Shown here: positions 38,031 to 50,099 of the stretch, piece after piece
Layout: each line of letters opens with the position of its first letter
How positions within the stretch are numbered: position 1 is the stretch's first letter
NCBI RefSeq assembly: GCF_006345805.1
Contig: NC_042999.1
Location: 157,232,001-157,296,000 of the forward strand
Reading direction: 5' to 3'
DNA from: Octopus sinensis
Taxonomy: Eukaryota
Length of the DNA: 64,000 nucleotides
Notes under the pieces: model-generated
What the model saw: only the letters and a program-made list of their open reading frames with translations
What the model was told of the DNA's origin: nothing
Database searches by the model: none
Position numbers and translations under genes: made by a program

Positions 38031-38477
38031 TTTCGCTGCGTCTTGCAACCTTTTCAATAGTTTTGACTCTGTCCATTACTCACACTGCGTTCCTTTTTGT
38101 TTGAGTGCATGTGTGTGGATCAGTGTGTGTGTGTGTGAGTGTGTGTGCCTATACATGCATGCAAGTATGTATGTATGTATGTATACATGTGTGTGTATGC
38201 ATGTATGTGTGTATGTGCATATGTATCTATTTATGTGTACAGTTTTATGTATGTATTCTGCATATTCATATGTTTGCATGTCTGTATTTGTATATTTTGT
38301 GTGTGTGCGTGTGCACGCGTGTTTTGCAACTATGTACCATGTTTGTATGTATGGATGTGCATCTTCATATGCGTGAACGTGTGTCTCCGTATGTGTCCTT
38401 GTGTGAAGTAAAGTGTGTGTGTATATATGGTCATGTGCTTTGGTCTTCATTTGCGTATGTGTGCTTGTTTGTTCATA

Positions 38478-38865
38478 CTCTTACTCTTTTACTTGTTTCA
38501 GTCATTTGACTGCGGCCATGCTGGAGCACCGCCTTTTAGTTGAGCAAATCGACCCCGGGACTTATTCTTTCGTAAGCCCAGTACTTATTCTATTGGTCTC
38601 TTTTGCCGAACCGCTAAGTGACGGGGACATAAGCACACCAGCATCGGTTGTCAAGCAATGCTAGGGGGACAAACACAGACACACAAACATACACACATAT
38701 ATATATACATATATACGACAGGCTTCTTTCAGTTTCCATCTACCAAATCCACTCACAAGGCTTTGGTCAGCCCGAGGCTATAGTAGAAGACACTTGCCCA
38801 AGGTGCCACGAAGTGGGACTGAACCCGGAACCATGTGGCTGGTAAACAAGCTACTTACCACACAG
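38478..38865 (-). mobile_element. SINE family A
   Basis: Near full-length match. Confidence 0.88.
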
Positions 38866-38889
38866 CTATCCATCTGTATGTTGATCTGT

Positions 38890-39335
38890 TTACTTTCATA
38901 TCCAAATGCTTACACGATGGCTTCCCTCTCGTTATCGAGTATGGCCATTGCACGAAGCTTAGCTGTTACTGGTGCTGTGATCGAATGTGACTTTTTAGCC
39001 CAGCTAAAGATCTACAATGTCTTGTACAGAATTGGCAACTAAAACCTTTACCGGTAATAGCCGGCTGTAGTTGTAACTGGGCTTCATGTACCTTTGCATG
39101 TCATTTAAGTCCTCCTGCCGAATTACACTCTCTTCCACATGCCTGACAGATATGATTAGTATGGTGTGTAACACCACCACCAGTGGCCAGGTTGTCACTC
39201 ATCTGTCTCGCTTTATGACAACGAAGATGACTCTTGAGTCCAGCTTTACTGAGGCAGGGTCTTACACAGACACTGCATGTCAGCTTCATAGGAAGACCCT
39301 TACCATCTGGAAGTGCAACTGTGATGCCCTTCCTG
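38890..39335 (-). mobile_element. RTE-type LINE 3' end encoding three tandem C2H2-like zinc fingers
   Basis: CSVCVRPCLSKAGLKSHLRCH; CQACGRECNSAGGLK(RH); CQFCTRHCRSLAGLKSHIRSQH. Then stop and a short 3' UTR similar in style to 25255-25310. Confidence 0.7.
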
Positions 39336-39553
39336 ACATCCCCCCTTACTTTCTCATGTGCAACTCAAGATTTCTCAAAAATGTGCATATACATATATAT
39401 ATATATATATATTCATACACCCACCTATCAACACACACACACATATATATACATACACCTACACACACACATACATACATATTTCTACATAACAACCCAC
39501 TAACTATTCTATTCAACCTGTGTAAACAGTGTGTAGGGGGGGTATGATATCTA

Positions 39554-39920
39554 CTATGTATCTTTCCTATTTAGTATTGGGGAAGTTTCATTTATGAGGA
39601 CGTACTCCCATATTTGTCTGAGTGTTGGGTCTTTTGGGTGCTTGGATAAGATGGGGATGTCATGTTGACCCAGATTGCCTCTATGTTGGTCCTTGGTATG
39701 TTGGTAGAGTATGGAGTACAGTTTTTTGTCATCATATTGCCTCAAATGTTCATTTAGTCTTTCCGCAATGCTCCTAGATGTCTCCCCTATATATGTCATG
39801 TTCATGTTTTTACAAGCACCTTTTAAGCATCTAATGCTGTAAACTACATTTCGCGTTCTACAGTTCATGCCAGGACTAATCCTACATGCCATGCATTTAT
39901 CATTGGTGGCCTTCAATTTT
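39554..39920 (-). mobile_element. Penelope-like element GIY-YIG endonuclease fragment
   Basis: NCRTRNVVYSIRC...YIGETSRSIAERLNEH...EYVLINETSPILNRKD. Confidence 0.88.
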
Positions 39921-40073
39921 TATGTCTATACATGTGCATTTAACACTGTGCAACTGTGTATTCATATGCATCTCTTTACATGTATATCTACTCATTTTCA
40001 CTCATGGTACACACGGAAACACTCACGTATAAATGTATATATATATATACATATATATATACGTGTATATATA

Positions 40074-40107
<34 letters not shown>

Positions 40108-40124
40108 ATAGACATATATATATA

Positions 40125-40162
<38 letters not shown>

Positions 40163-40456
40163 ATTATATATATATATATATACTCAAAATAAGCAACAAG
40201 AACGACTCCAGTAATTTGGTACGATCGTTTCGTACTACATCATTTTATTTAAATGTTGTAAGTATTACAACAGATTTAAAATGCTGAGTACTCATCAGAC
40301 TACTGAGTCGGAAAACCAAATCTTAATCAGTCAGTTGATGGGCTCCACTACCTCAAATGTTCTTGAAATTTAAATCCACATCTTTGTCTATATATCTACC
40401 TTCTCTATAATGTTGCCATTTGATATGAAAATTTTTGTATTAATGGAAAACCTCTA

Positions 40457-40549
40457 TAATTGGCTGATGAGTACTCAGCATTTTAAATCTGTTGTAATAC
40501 TTACAACATTTAATAAAATGATGTAGTATGAAACGATCGTACCAAATTA
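40457..40549 (+). ncRNA. Type I hammerhead ribozyme with long stem II and palindromic stem III
   Basis: TAATTGG-CTGATGA-GTACT..AGTAT-GAAA-CGATCG-TA-CCAAATTA. Predicted cleavage after GUA at 40541. Confidence 0.8.
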
Positions 40550-40756
40550 CTAGAGTCATTCTTGTTGCTTATTTTGATTATAATCACCCCACGGATTTTT
40601 ATGGGTAACACCATACAAAATTCTGGTGCATCTAAATTAAGTACCATATTCATTTGAATCTAAATTTTTGCTGAACTTATACATATATATATACGTGTTA
40701 TATATCTTATATATATATATATATTATATATATTATATATATATTATATATATATA

Positions 40757-40789
<33 letters not shown>

Positions 40790-41080
40790 ATTATATATAT
40801 ATACTCAAAATAAGCAACAAGAACGACTCCAGTAATTTGGTACGATCGTTTCGTACTACATCATTTTATATTAAATGTTGTAAGTATTACAACAGATTTA
40901 AAATGCTGAGTACTCATCAGACTACTGAGTCTGGAACAACCAAATCTTAATCAGTCAGTTGATGGGCTCCACTACCTCAAATGTTCTTGAAATTTAAATC
41001 CACATCTTTGTCTATATATCTACCTTCTCTATAATGTTGCCATTTGATATGAAAATTTTTGTATTAATGGAAAACCTCTA

Positions 41081-41173
41081 TAATTGGCTGATGAGTACTC
41101 AGCATTTTAAATCTGTTGTAATACTTACAACATTTAATAAAATGATGTAGTATGAAACGATCGTACCAAATTA
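41081..41173 (+). ncRNA. Type I hammerhead ribozyme, duplicate copy
   Basis: Same sequence as 40457-40549. Predicted cleavage after 41165. Confidence 0.78.
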
Positions 41174-41456
41174 CTAGAGTCATTCTTGTTGCTTATTTTG
41201 ATTATAATCACCCCACGGATTTTTATGGGTAACACCATACAAAATTCTGGTGCATCTAAATTAAGTACCATATTCATTTGAATCTAAATTTTTGCTGAAC
41301 TTATACATATATATATATATACATACATACATATATATATATACATATAATCGTGAAGTATATTTGTCACTTAAAAGTGGCTAACCCTTGAGGCTGGATG
41401 CTACTGTAGCTTGTAGCCCCAGGAAGACACTTCCTCCAGCTATTGACACACTCGTG

Positions 41457-41487
<31 letters not shown>

Positions 41488-42797
41488 TGTGTGTGTGTGT
41501 GTACGCGCTGCGATTTGGTATCGAACGCATGAGTTTGCATAGCGACGTTCTTAACCGCACATTCATCACTGGTTCTATGAAACAAGAATGGAACTTCAGA
41601 ACAATTGATGTTGAACTTGCTACCGATTTATTCAAAATTCCGGGACTTTACACAGCTGCATCATTTGCCTTTTTTTTTTGCGTCGATTTTAAAGAAACAG
41701 TCGCGAAGTAAAAATTGCCAGTGAATGTCTTCCTATCCCCAATTGTAGCATTCCGCTTATCTAACAAAAAAAACTTAGAATGGCTCATCCTGTTTCATGA
41801 CTCGATGATCCTGCACCTTCAGTATTCAGTTCCCCTCTATCAACAGTAACATCAACTTTGTTATGGTTTTGTATTTACTGTCGAATATTATGAAATACAA
41901 GTTTTAAAAAGGCATAAGCGCATTTTCTTTAGCCCTAGATGAGCTGTGATCAAGCAGACCTATGATCCGTTATGAGCTTAAAAAACCAGATATAGTACAT
42001 CTGATGAACACAAATGTTCATCCGTCTTCGAAAAAGTAGGGTATTACTTGATGGATATTTAGACATTATTACAAATAACGAGAAACTATAGAAATAAAAA
42101 AACAAACTTCCTTGTTCGCTCGCAAAAGTATATGGCCTTTGTTACTATTAACTTTACTATTATTTTGCTGGGCAATTTATTATACTGTTCTAAATTCGAG
42201 TAATCGAGGCAAACTTCGACATATTTGCTCCGTCTGCTAGAAATAGAAGTCAAATCTGTTTCAACTCACACCTTTCTACTGTAAAAAAAGGAAGCACCGT
42301 CTTAGATCGTGCTTATGCAAAACAAAAAGTCAGGAGAATCATGGCTGGAATGCCTTTTATCATAGAGTTACTCGAGTTGACAACAAAGCGTGAACTCCTC
42401 CTAATTTTAATTACATTTTCCCGTTCTTATAATTGTTTCTAACGCGTTTGTCTTGTTAGGCTTCTAAGTTCTTTTTAAGTGATCATTATATTTAAAATTA
42501 GCCTCTTCATGACGTATGTCAGAATTTTGCTTTTTACAGGGTATTAAAATTTGAGCCTTTATTCAACTTATTTCTGCTTATTTACGCACTCGTGAAGCGA
42601 TCAACATTGAATTCTGAAAGGATTTCAGAAACTGGATCTCATACACACGCACGATACACGCACACACATACACACACACACAAGATCTTAATAAAAGTCT
42701 GATTTAATCAACATATTTTTAAGCACTAATATTTAATTATACATTTTTTTCCGATCACAATTCTAATAAATGTACATTTTACACAAAGTAAATAAAT

Positions 42798-42916
42798 CCG
42801 GGTTCAGTCCCACTGCGTGGCATCTTGGGCAAGTGTCTTCTGCTGTAGCCCCGGGCCGACCAATGCCTTGTGAGTGGATTTGGTAGACGGAAACTGAAAG
42901 AAGCCTGTCGTATATA

Positions 42917-42957
<41 letters not shown>

Positions 42958-43258
42958 CATAGTTTCGGTTGTATGCCTACTACAACCGAAACTATGCCTA
43001 TATATATATATATATATATAAGTGTGCGTGTATATGTTTGTGTGTCTGTGTTTGTCCCCCCACCATCGCTTGACAACCGATGCTGGTGTGTTTACGTACC
43101 CGTCACTTAGCGGTTCGGCAAAAAGAGACCGATAGAATAAGTACCGGGCTTACAAAGAATAAGTCCTGAGGTCGATTTGCTCGACAAAAGGTGGTGCTCC
43201 AGCATGGCCGCAGTCAAATGACTGAAACAAGTAAAAGAGTAAAAGAGCAAAAGAGTAA
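42798..43258 (+). mobile_element. SINE family A (5'-truncated) with an internal perfect hairpin
   Basis: Match to family A. Hairpin at 42952-43002. Confidence 0.85.
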
Positions 43259-44849
43259 ATCACAAGATAAGGATCGACTAGTCATGACTAGCTAGCGCGG
43301 ATGCGCGAGTACGTGAGTGCGCGCACCGGGACCACTCTTGTTAAATAGTACCTATTTTTTCTTTTATTCTGTTGTTATTTACTTGACACAGTAAAATAAG
43401 TTATACAATGAATCAAAGTCTTCAAACGGGATAAAATGAAACAACTTACCGACATTATTAAACTTCAAAAAACAAATATTTATGTATATTCTTCTGTACT
43501 GAAATTTCCGAGTTAGTTTTTATCCAAGGAGCGGTTTTAAATATCTCAATTTTTTTTTTCATCTGATTTGTCTTTCGTTTGTTGAGATTCGCTGTTTTGC
43601 GGGTCTTTGTAGTTTTTTTTGTTTTTTTTAATTTAATATTGATGTTTTAATTATCAATATTACTTACTTAAATAAATGTTATTGTAAAAAAATGTAGAAA
43701 GAAAGAAAGAGAAAACCAACGTCGTCTTTATTCTTATATCGAATAATAAAGATTGTTATAAGTTTGCCTATTGTGTGGAAACGGAACTAAATTAAGTGTC
43801 ATTCTCAATAAAGTGTTCTATTGGTTAAATGTTTATAGCAGAAGCTGTCATTAGATAAGTACATTAAGTGGTAAAACATGTTATTTTTTGGTGGGGGAAA
43901 TATCTATTTTTAGGCTGTGTTTTGGGAAATTAGTGGTCCAGACGGATTGGAAAAAAGGACGATCCGATTCTAGGTTTCAATTTGATCCTTAGTTTCAACA
44001 CGTGCACCGTTAATGCCCTTGCAAAACATGGGTAGTACCCCCTTCTCTTTATTCACCACTTCTTGGGTATACCATTCGGGAATATTACTAGTTACAAATT
44101 TTGGCAAAAGCCCTGCAATTTCAGAGTAGATGGCATGAGTCGATTTATTTCATCGACCCTAGTGATCAACTAGTACTTATTTTATCAACTCCCGAAAGGG
44201 ATAAAAGGCAAAGTCGAACTCGGCGGCATTTGACCCAGAACGTAAACCAGGAAGAAATGCCACTTAGCATTTTGCACAGCGCGTAAACAACTCTACCACT
44301 CTCTTTCGGGAATATCATTGATTACGATAACAATACACAGCGCAGACGTCTCAGTTTTGACTATGTATTTCATAGGGAAGGATTACAGAGAGTTTTCATG
44401 TAGTGGAGTCGCTTTTTTTTTTTTTCCCAGGATAAAAGGCACATCCTGGAACAGTAATAATAGTTCCAATTTTTGCCCGAAGGGCATCCATTTTGTGAGG
44501 AGGGAGAGAATGAGTCGATTATATCGACTCCAGTACTCAACTGGTACTTAATTTATAGACGCCGAAAGGATGAAAGGGAAAGTCGACCTCGGCGGAATTC
44601 GAACCCAGAACATGATAACTGCCGAAATATCTATTTCTTTACTACCCACAAGGGGCTAAACACAGAGAGAACAAACAAGGACAGACAAACGGATTAAGTC
44701 GATTATATCGACTCCAATGCGTGACTGGTACTTAATTTATCGGCCCCGAAAGGATGAATGGCAAAGTCGATCTCGGCGGAATTTGAACTCAGAACGTAGC
44801 GGCAGACGAAATGCCGTTAATCGACCCCGATTTAATCATTTAATCGACC

Positions 44850-45043
<194 letters not shown>

Positions 45044-45044
45044 A

Positions 45045-45895
45045 TCTCAACAGGCATGATATATTCACTGGGTAATTTGCAAAAGCTTGGACTTGCCCCA
45101 TAATAAAAACTGGTGGGACCACAAACCACCTCCAGTGCTTGAAAATGACCACATCTCACTCCTCTGGAACTTCACCATTCAAACTGACAGGAAGATAGAT
45201 GCGAATAGGCCAGACATCATATTGAATGACTTCAGACAAAAAACATGCCTCCTCATTGATATGACTGTCCCAATCGATATAAACGTATCTGTCAAGACCT
45301 ACCAAAAACTGAGCAAATATAAAGATCTTGAAATAGAAATCTGCAAAATGTGGAACCTGAAGACTAAAACAATACCTGTTGCCATAGGTGCCCTGGGAAT
45401 GATAGCAAAAGGGGCTGATTGCTACCAAGCTCAGATACTAGGAAATCCCAAAATGGCAGTAATTCAAAAGATAGTACTCGTGGGAACTGCCCATATCCTA
45501 CGCAAAATACTTTCTATGTAATCTCAAGTTTTAAAACAAACACATAATTTTCTTATGGTTTCTTAAACATTCTCTAGGACAACACTATGTACAAAACCAA
45601 ATATTCCGCCGAGGTCGACTTTGCCTTTCATCCTTTCGGGGTCGATAAATTAAGTACCAGTTACGCACTGGAGTCGATGTAATCGACTTAATATCTATGT
45701 CTGTCCTTGTTTGTCCCCTCTGTGTTTAGCCCCTTGTGGGTAATAAAGAAATAGATATTTCGTCTGCCGCTACGTTCTGAGTTCAAATGCCGCCGACATG
45801 AACTTCCAACCTGTTGTCTCTTGAGGTTTCTGGGTGAGACTTAGAGCCAACTTGTACAAATGTAAAGTAAATGTCAAACATAAAATAATTAAAAT
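45045..45895 (+). mobile_element. REL-type LINE 3' end with an open endonuclease domain; 3' UTR interrupted by SINE F
   Basis: ORF 45087-45521: LLWNFTIQTDRKIDANRPDII...LIDMTVP...KLSKYKDL...PVAIGALG. A second 3' UTR copy at 46380-46540 ends in (AAT)n. Confidence 0.88.
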
Positions 45896-46282
45896 ACTTT
45901 CTACTATAGGCACAAGGCTTGGAGTTTGGGGAGGAGGGGTTAAGCCGATTACATCGAACCCAGTACTCAATTTATCGGCCCCGTAAAGATGAAAGGCAAA
46001 GTCAACCTCGGCGAAATTTGTACTCAGAACGTAACAGCAGACGAAATACCCATTTCTTTACTACCCACAAGGGGCTAAACACAGAGGGAACAAACAAGGA
46101 CAGACATAGATATTAAGTCGATTACATCGACTCCAGTGCGTAACTGGTACTTAATTTATCGACCCCGAAAGGATGAAAGGCAAAGTCGACCTCGGCGGAA
46201 TTTGAACTCACAACGTACGACAGACGAAATACCGCAAAGCATTTCGCCCGGCGTGCTAACGCTTCTGCCAGCTCGCCGCCTT

Positions 46283-46375
46283 AAAAATAATAAGGAGGAG
46301 GAGGAGGAGGAGGAGAGAAGAAGAAGAAGAAGAAGAAGAAGAAGAAGAAGAAGAAGAAGAAGAAGAAGAAGAAAA
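46283..46375. repeat. (GAG)n(AAG)n repeat
   Basis: Directly visible. Confidence 0.95.
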
Positions 46376-47398
46376 AAATTAGTACAACACTAAATACAAA
46401 ACCAAATATATGGCACACTAGGCATAACAACATGAACTTCCAACCTATGGTCTCTTGAGGTCTCTGGGTGAGACTTGGAGCCAACTTGTAAAAATGTAAA
46501 GCAAAAGTCAAACATAGAATAATAATAATAATAATAATATGTTTAGCATATCCGATAGAGGTGACAGTGCCAAGCAGAAAAGGAGTGGATAGAGCGTATC
46601 TCCCTAGAATATTCCTCTTCTAATGGGGATAGCTTTGGTTTTCACAAGTCCCTCTTTTGCTTGGAGCTGTAGCACTGTTTGCCATTTATTCAGACAAATA
46701 CATAACAAAAACACCAGGACTTACAAACACATATAACATACAGGAAATAGCACCACTAAGTACTGCACACATCCTACGCAGAACAGTTTTAGTACAGTAA
46801 CCATCAGAGCATCACAACAAATCACAGCACATACTTAAGGCACACAGAGCTGCCCTCGGTAGTGAAGTGAAAGCACGCTATAAAAATAAAACTACTGAAT
46901 GATAATAATAATGATAATAATCCTTTCTACAAAAGGCACACTGCCTGGATTTTGTCGGGTGGGGAACAAAACTGGTACTTTATTTATGAACCCCAAAAGG
47001 ATGAAAGACAAAGTCGACCTCGGCGAAATTTGAAACCAGGACGGAGCGATGGGCGAAATACCTGTTTCTTTATTACCCACAAGGGGCTAAACATAGAGGG
47101 GACAAACAAGGACAGACAAACGGATTAAGTCGATTACATCGACTCCAGTTCGTAAGTGGTACTTAATTTATCGACCCCGAAAAGATGAAAGGCAAAGTAG
47201 ACCCCGGCAGAATTTGAACTCACAACGTAACGGCAGACGAAATACCGTTAAGTCCAGCGTGTTAACGATTCTGCCAGCTCGCCGAAATTTTTTTTCAGAA
47301 TCATAATCTCCGTATTTTTCCCCATATTTTCAAGAAAAAAAAAAATTCTGAAAAAAAGTTAAAAATGAAGTTAAAAATGCCGATTTTTGCCAGTCATA

Positions 47399-47734
47399 GA
47401 ATCGCGGTTTCGATTCCCAGACCGGGCGTTGTGAGTGTTTATTGAGCGAAAACACCTAAAAAGCCCCACGAGGCTCCGGCAGGGATGGTGGTGATCCCTG
47501 CTGTACTCTTTCACCACAACTTTCTCTCACTCTTACTTCCTGTTTCTGTTGAACCTGTATTTCAAAGGGCCTGCCTTGTCACTCTCTGTGTCACGCTGAA
47601 TATCCCCGAGAACTACGTTAAGGGTACACGTGTCTGTGGAGTACTCAGCCACTTACACGTTAATTTCACGAGCAGGCTGTTCCATTGATCGGATCAACCG
47701 GAACCCTCGTCGTCGTCACCGACGGAGTGCTTCC
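47399..47734 (+). mobile_element. SINE head E with tail Y (5'-truncated)
   Basis: Matches 56489-56870. Confidence 0.85.
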
Positions 47735-48113
47735 ATCCGTTCAACCCCAAAATAATAAATGAGAACTGCATACTATAAAGTTATTACACAAAAAGTAAAA
47801 AGATTACACGTGAAAAACTCTTTAACACTAGAAACGAGCTAACCCGTGACCAACGAAAATTATGACAATCTAAATAAAAGGCCGGACGTTAATCCTCATG
47901 TCCCGCAAATTAAATATGAGACGAGAAGAATGTATTTCTATCCTACACTCTTGCTTTACAGTGGTACTTTTCACACAGAACGAAAATATTGAGTTGGGTC
48001 AAAAGTTTTGCAATATTTGGGTATCTTATTTGCTTCCTTCGTGAAGTTACAACAAAAGTAGCCTAGCATTCTAAGTAGAGACCATCGTGTTGCAACATCT
48101 GAAGCCACGTTTC

Positions 48114-48525
48114 GGATCTTTTCGGTTTGAACGGCAGTTTTTAACATAATTTCTAGGTAACTAAAAAATTTTAAACTTCGTATACTGGTAGAATGGTTTT
48201 AAAAACAATCTTTTTCTCTTGGCTTTATTGAGAAAATTCTATAGTTGTAAGATATTTGTTGTTTTCTTCCCTTCATTTTCTGCAATTTCAACCAATCACT
48301 GACGTCTATTGAGGTAAAAAAAAACATTCTGTGCCGTATGAATATGTCCCTCGTTTAAGAAACAGATTGGGTTTATTTACATTTGTGAAGAAAAAAGATA
48401 CCCTTCCCCCACCCCTAACCCTAAAACAGATTGAAATGCAATAGATCGATACTAGGGTCATAATTATGGGTGACAATTTCATATGACACCGCTAGAAAAA
48501 GCTGCCGTTCAAACCGAAAAGATCC
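48114..48525. mobile_element. MITE with 24-bp TIR (GG...CC termini) and 8-bp TSD; Merlin-like (hAT not excluded)
   Basis: GGATCTTTTCGGTTTGAACGGCAG / CTGCCGTTCAAACCGAAAAGATCC. Flanks CACGTTTC and CACGTTTA. Confidence 0.8.
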
Positions 48526-48809
48526 CACGTTTATGTCAGTTCTTTGATCCTACGCTGATACCAGTTCTTGTCCTTCGAGGTGACGAATTCTTTCACTGAA
48601 TTTTCCCCCTTCCCTTGGTTGATGAAGCTTTGCATAATTTTACGATGTCCCTTTCTCTCTAGCCGCATGCATAGCATTTTGTTAATTCACAAGTGTCATT
48701 CAGTGTTTTTTGTTCAGTTTTGCTTTTTGCATGGTTTCCGCTACATGTTTTCTCTCGTGAATATTTGCAGTTTAATTCATCTTTGCTGCACTGTTCTATA
48801 TTCTTTCTA

Positions 48810-50091
48810 CGAGGGACGTTCAATAAGTAATGCCTCTGACCCACTTGTAGTTGTTTGATCTAGCTGAAATTTTGCATGTGCAATTATTTATATCTCTATA
48901 GATTAAGTGGAAAATTACAGCTCTGAACTAATTGTGGTTTCCGATTTACAGGTGTTTGAACTGAGTCAAGTGTGAAATGGAACCTGCTGAGTGTTCTTTT
49001 GTGGCTTTTGTATTTGAAAGGACGCACACCACGGGAGACTTTTGATGAAATGAAAGTAACTTATGGTGATGATGCCCCATCATATGACCTTGTAAAACGC
49101 TGGCATCGTGAATTCAAACATGGTCGGAACTCTGTAGAGACAGCTCCCAGATCTGGTCGCCCCCCTTCTGCCATTGATGAGGCATCTGTCCGTCAAGTTG
49201 AGGCTGCTATTTTGGGAGGTCGACGCATAACTATTCGCCAAATAGCCCATGAGGTCAAGATTAGTACCGGGTCTGTGGAAACTATCATTCATGACCATTT
49301 GCATATGCAAAAGGTGTCTGCCAGATGGATTCCCAGGTTGCTCACACCTTTCCAGAAGCAAGAACGCGTCGAGTGCTCGAGGATGAATTTGGAGATGTGC
49401 CAAGAAGATGAGTCAAAATTTTTCAAAAGACTGATTACTCAGGATGAAACCTGGGTCCATTACTATGATCCAGAGACCAAAGCCCAGTCAATGCAGTGGA
49501 AGCACCGTGACTCACCTCCTCCAAAGAAGGCAAGGGTGCAGCCCTCCGCTGGCAAGGTCATGCTCACAGTCTTCTGGGACCAGGACGGAGTAGTGATGAC
49601 AGATTTCCTGGCAAAGGGTACCACAATTACAGGAGCCTATTATGCTTCACTTTTGAGGAAATTAAGAGAAGCTATCAAAATCAAGAGGCAGGGCAAGATC
49701 GGCAAGATCCTCCTGCAGGACAACGCTCCGGTCCACAACTCGCTTGTCGCCAGATCAGAAGCAGAGGCGTGCGGCTATGAACTCCTCCCCCATTCCCCCT
49801 ACTCTCCTGACCTATCACCCTCTGATTTTCACCTCTTCCCAGCCATGAAGTTGTTTTTGAAAGGAAAGCGTTTCCCAGATGATGCAGCCTTGATTTCTGA
49901 AGTCACGTCGTAGTTAGAGGACCAAGCTGAGGTCTTCTACAAAAATGGTCTCCAGGACTGCATCAAACGATGGGAGAAATGCGTAACTCTGGGTGGTTCC
50001 TATGTAGAAAAAGACTAATAACTGTGCCAAGTTTCGTTGCTCTACTGCTATGGGAAGTGGATCAGGGGCATTACTTATTGAACGCCCCTCG
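48810..50091 (+). mobile_element. Full-length mariner (DD34D), 1282 bp, near-intact but disabled transposase
   Basis: TA|CGAGGGACGTTCAATAAGTAATGCC ... GGCATTACTTATTGAACGCCCCTCG|TA. Motifs WIPRLL, TQDETW, QDNAP and YSPDLSPSDF. TAG at about 49911 sits where Trp is expected, and the 5' end is frameshifted. Confidence 0.97.
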
Positions 50092-50099
50092 TATATTTA

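Larger units (their letters stand above)
40184..41304 (+). mobile_element. Two tandem copies (about 620 bp) of a 5'-truncated PLE terminus with an inverted partial repeat
   Basis: Each unit has IR arms (40184-40298 / 40464-40577) around a PLE C-terminal-like LEQPNLNQ segment. The arms contain hammerhead cores. Confidence 0.75.

Noticed and set aside
38024-38062. Hammerhead-like layout CTATTGA..GTTGC/GCAGC..GAAA (minus strand)
   Set aside because: Core G5 and A6 are absent and no valid stem III or cleavage triplet is present.
41388-41711. 107-aa ORF and nearby plus-strand acceptor-like sites (42500-42540, 44435)
   Set aside because: No recognisable domain or paired donor sites.
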